A stretch of 64,000 nt of DNA from Sphaerodactylus townsendi (lineage: Eukaryota), in contig NC_059437.1 of assembly GCF_021028975.2 (NCBI RefSeq), forward strand, positions 32,860,001 through 32,924,000. The letters are read 5' to 3'. This document shows positions 61,149 to 64,000 of this stretch, piece after piece (position 1 is the stretch's first letter; each line of letters opens with the position of its first letter). The notes under the pieces were generated by a model that saw only the letters and a program-made list of their open reading frames with translations, was not told where the DNA came from and searched no databases. The translations under genes were made by a program, and so were the position numbers.

Positions 61149-61809
61149 CTCAAAACCCAAACAAACCTCAGGATTCTGAATTTGAATGGGACCCTGTCTA
61201 CTTTGCCCGGCTGAGGTGAGATCCCGGGGGCAACCACTGCAGGGATCAGGCTACCAAATTTGAGATCTGTGGTCCAATATCTCTAAGGATATAATACTGA
61301 AGGATCTGGTCTACTTGTGTCTTCGTTGTGGACAGTTCTTTAAGAATTTATCCTGTGGGCTCCATGAGGCACAAGAAGTGGGGAACTTGATGATTGTGTA
61401 CTTCTGCACATTCTGGTGTTTCTGGTACTTGGCCTGCTTCCCTCCTAAGTTCCAGGGCCACTCTTGAACCTGGCAGGAAGGAGAGCAGGGTGTTTTCATG
61501 CACCAGTTGCCCTTTCACAAGACTTTGCACTTTTCAAAACAAGCTGGAGGAGGAGGAGGGGAACTCTGCTTTGGTGTTCTGCTTCTGTTGGCTCAGGAAA
61601 TCTGCATTTCAGTGTCACAGGCCACACAAACAGGAGTCCCAGCCAAGACAGGAGCTTTCATTCTTGATTACCTGTTTCCCACCTACTCACATGCCTAGGA
61701 AAGGTCCTCAAGAATCAAGTTGCAGCTTTCCTAGATTTACTCAAATCATCCTAACTGTGAGGGCTTGACCCTGAAGGAGAATTCCTCATGCACAGCTCTT
61801 TCCCTCCTT

Positions 61810-62067
61810 GAGAGCCAGGGTTGGATTCCCCACTCTGCCACTTGAGCTGTGGAAGCTTATCTGGTGAACTAGATGAGCTTGTGCACTCCCAACACATACC
61901 AGCTGGGTGACCTTGGGCTAGTCACAGTTCTTTAGAGCTCTCTCAGCCCCACCTACCTCACAGGGGGTTTGTTGTGAGGGGGAGAAGGGAAAGGAGTTTG
62001 TAAGTCCCTTTGAGTGTCCTTGCAGGAGAGAAAGGGGATGATATGAATCCAACTCTTACTTCTTCTC
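61810..62067 (+). mobile_element. Squamate tRNA-derived SINE
   Basis: B-box-like GGTTGGATTCCC, GGGTGACCTTGGGCTAGTCAC core, CTCAGCCCCACCTACCTCACAGG body and CTT-rich tail; a reverse copy at about 30400-30600 and fragments at about 36960-37160 and 56290-56440. Confidence 0.65.
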
Positions 62068-62294
62068 ATGAACAATTGTAGGTGTGGATAATGTTTGTGT
62101 GCCCCAGACGACTCAGAAGAAGGCAATCCCATCTCCAGCTTGTCAGAGCCTATAGTTCAGGGCAAAGGGTCTTGCTCTAGATGGCAACGTTTAGCTCAGT
62201 TGAACATTGCCAGGTGAGTGGTGAACCTGAGCAAAACACTAACTGCTACTCTGCATGAACCAAAGTCACAATTCCTGGGGGATGTGGAATGGCA

Positions 62295-62450
62295 GAGTAT
62301 AGCCCAATTTTGTCAGAACTCGGAAGCTAAGTCAGGTCAGCCTTGAAAGGGAGACTTCCCAGGAAGACTCTACAGAGGAAGGCAGTGCCAAACCACCTTT
62401 GCTTAATCACTTGCCTTGAAAGCCATTTGCTGGGGTCGCCATAAGTCTCT
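62295..62450 (+). mobile_element. 5S rRNA-derived SINE fragment
   Basis: Degenerate 5S-like head (gcccaatttt gtcagaactcggaagctaagtcagg); reverse fragments at about 9500-9640 and 17640-17750. Confidence 0.5.
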
Positions 62451-64000
62451 CTCACACACACGGAGGAGGGGAGAATGATGTTGTAAGCTGCTTTGTGTTG
62501 GAAGTGAAGGACTGTACACTATTTCCTGCCTCAACCACAGAGGGAGTTTTACCAGTAAGCCAGATGCTTGATACGGACATAGGGATTGATACCTTTGCTC
62601 TACCATGCTGGCACTATCCCTTTGAAGTTAGACTGATAGGGACTTCCTTCCTTCAGGCTCACTCCTCCTTGCTCCTCTCTTCCCTCACGTCTCCTGCACC
62701 AGGTGTGTAGAGAGGATGGATGCTGACTGACTGCATCCATCCCCATCCAGCTAGCTAGATCAGATTAGTGAACCTCGCTCTCTACCTTTCTATTTAGAAT
62801 GGAGTTCACTAATAAATACTCTTTTTAGTAGATTAGAAATTACAAATGACTCTGACTTTTCTTTGTGCCAATGCATGCACACACATGTTTGGGGATGCTT
62901 CGCTGTGCTTATGCCTCCATGCAATCTGCTTGTAATGCTAAAGTATAATCTCTCCAGGGAGATTATCCAACCCTTTAGATCCACATTTGGGAGACAAATA
63001 GGATATAAATATTTGAACAAGTGAAAATTATTTCCTGCAGAAACACCACCGGCAGTGAAATAAGTCCCTGCCATGCTTGTGTGTGGTGTGGTGCCCAAAT
63101 GTTAGTTGTTGGATGTTCTGGGGAGCCTCGAGTGCAGCCAGGTTGCATTTCTCAAACCATGACACAGCCAGGCTGAATGCATCCCAGCAATCCCTGCAAT
63201 GCTGTCCTTGTGACTCTCAGAGATTTCTCCTGGATCAGCAGGAATCTCTGGGAGTTGCAAGGATCTGCCCATGTGAACCGGCTCTAAGGAAATGCAATAT
63301 GGTGCCTGAGTTAACTTCAGCTGAAGCAAACGAAAGAGAAGATAGAGCGCAAAACAATATGACAGCAACGGAGAAAAATGTTCTCAATTTTGCATTGTTA
63401 TGTAAGCAGACCCCAGAGGCGGGGGAGATCGGAACACCCTGAAAATGTTGAGGCTTGTGGGCTCGGAGGCTGGAGCCAAAAGCCTTTGCGGCAGAAAGTT
63501 GGCTGCGCCTCATCACCGTGTTCCCTTTTCAACTTGCCCGGCTTTACATTACATAACAGGATCATATTATCCCACAAGATCACTGTCTTATTTCAGCAAC
63601 AGCAGCAAACAGAGTCTCCAACACAAGTTTGGCACAAGTCCTCTTTGTTATTTGTTTTGCCCTGTCTGAAGCGTTCTCCGCACAAGAGTGGGCTTGACTG
63701 GAAGGAATTTGGATTGATGGGGCAAAGTTTTTTCCACTTTGCCCTGTTTCTGTAATAGGCAGTCATGAAAATCCACAGACCCCATTTGCGTGCAAGTGCA
63801 GCGGACCATCAGAACCGAGAGGAGAGAGATGGGCTGGGCTATGGCAGCTCGCTCAGAGATGCTTTTGGACAAAGTTGGGTCTCTGCTTTTTCACCTATGC
63901 ATGTTTGAAGACCAGGAGTTAATATCAGGTTGTATTCAACAAGGCTGCCCTGGAACCATTTTGCTAATGCCCAGCCCCCAACCCTGCCATTTTAATTACG

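Noticed and set aside
61300-63400. Isolated minus-strand acceptor-like sites (about 61471, 63322) and short ORFs
   Set aside because: No matching donors or recognisable peptide; cannot support a gene without expression data.

Overview
Vertebrate (not prokaryotic) genomic DNA. The repeat content (CR1 and L2 LINEs, Sauria/5S-type SINEs, Penelope remnants, hAT- and Harbinger-type MITEs) points to a squamate reptile, probably a gecko (inference). Three complete multi-exon genes lie in tandem on the + strand, in the order of human Xq13.1: PHKA1 (33 coding exons, 2132-32073, about 1234 aa, C-terminal CaaX CSMQ), HDAC8 (11 exons, 35481-45960, 370 aa, one GC-AG intron) and RPS4X (7 exons, 47819-53339, 263 aa, 5' TOP). 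CITED1, which lies between HDAC8 and RPS4X in mammals, is not visible. Convergent with RPS4X on the - strand is an intact NIMA-family (NEK12-like) kinase gene of about 402 aa, where the human locus has no NEK gene. Its whole kinase domain is in one exon, and its upstream CpG island carries a consensus RFX X-box, suggesting a ciliary kinase. Other leads are a frame-preserving pair of candidate extra PHKA1 exons (56 aa), an intragenic CpG island with an antisense first-exon signature in PHKA1 intron 10, and two duplicated 5' splice sites that would create poison (NMD) isoforms. One of these comes from a Penelope/hammerhead-like insertion. Several long hairpins are also present, and there is one assembly gap (4504-4631). 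All calls were made by hand from the sequence; no database searches were run.
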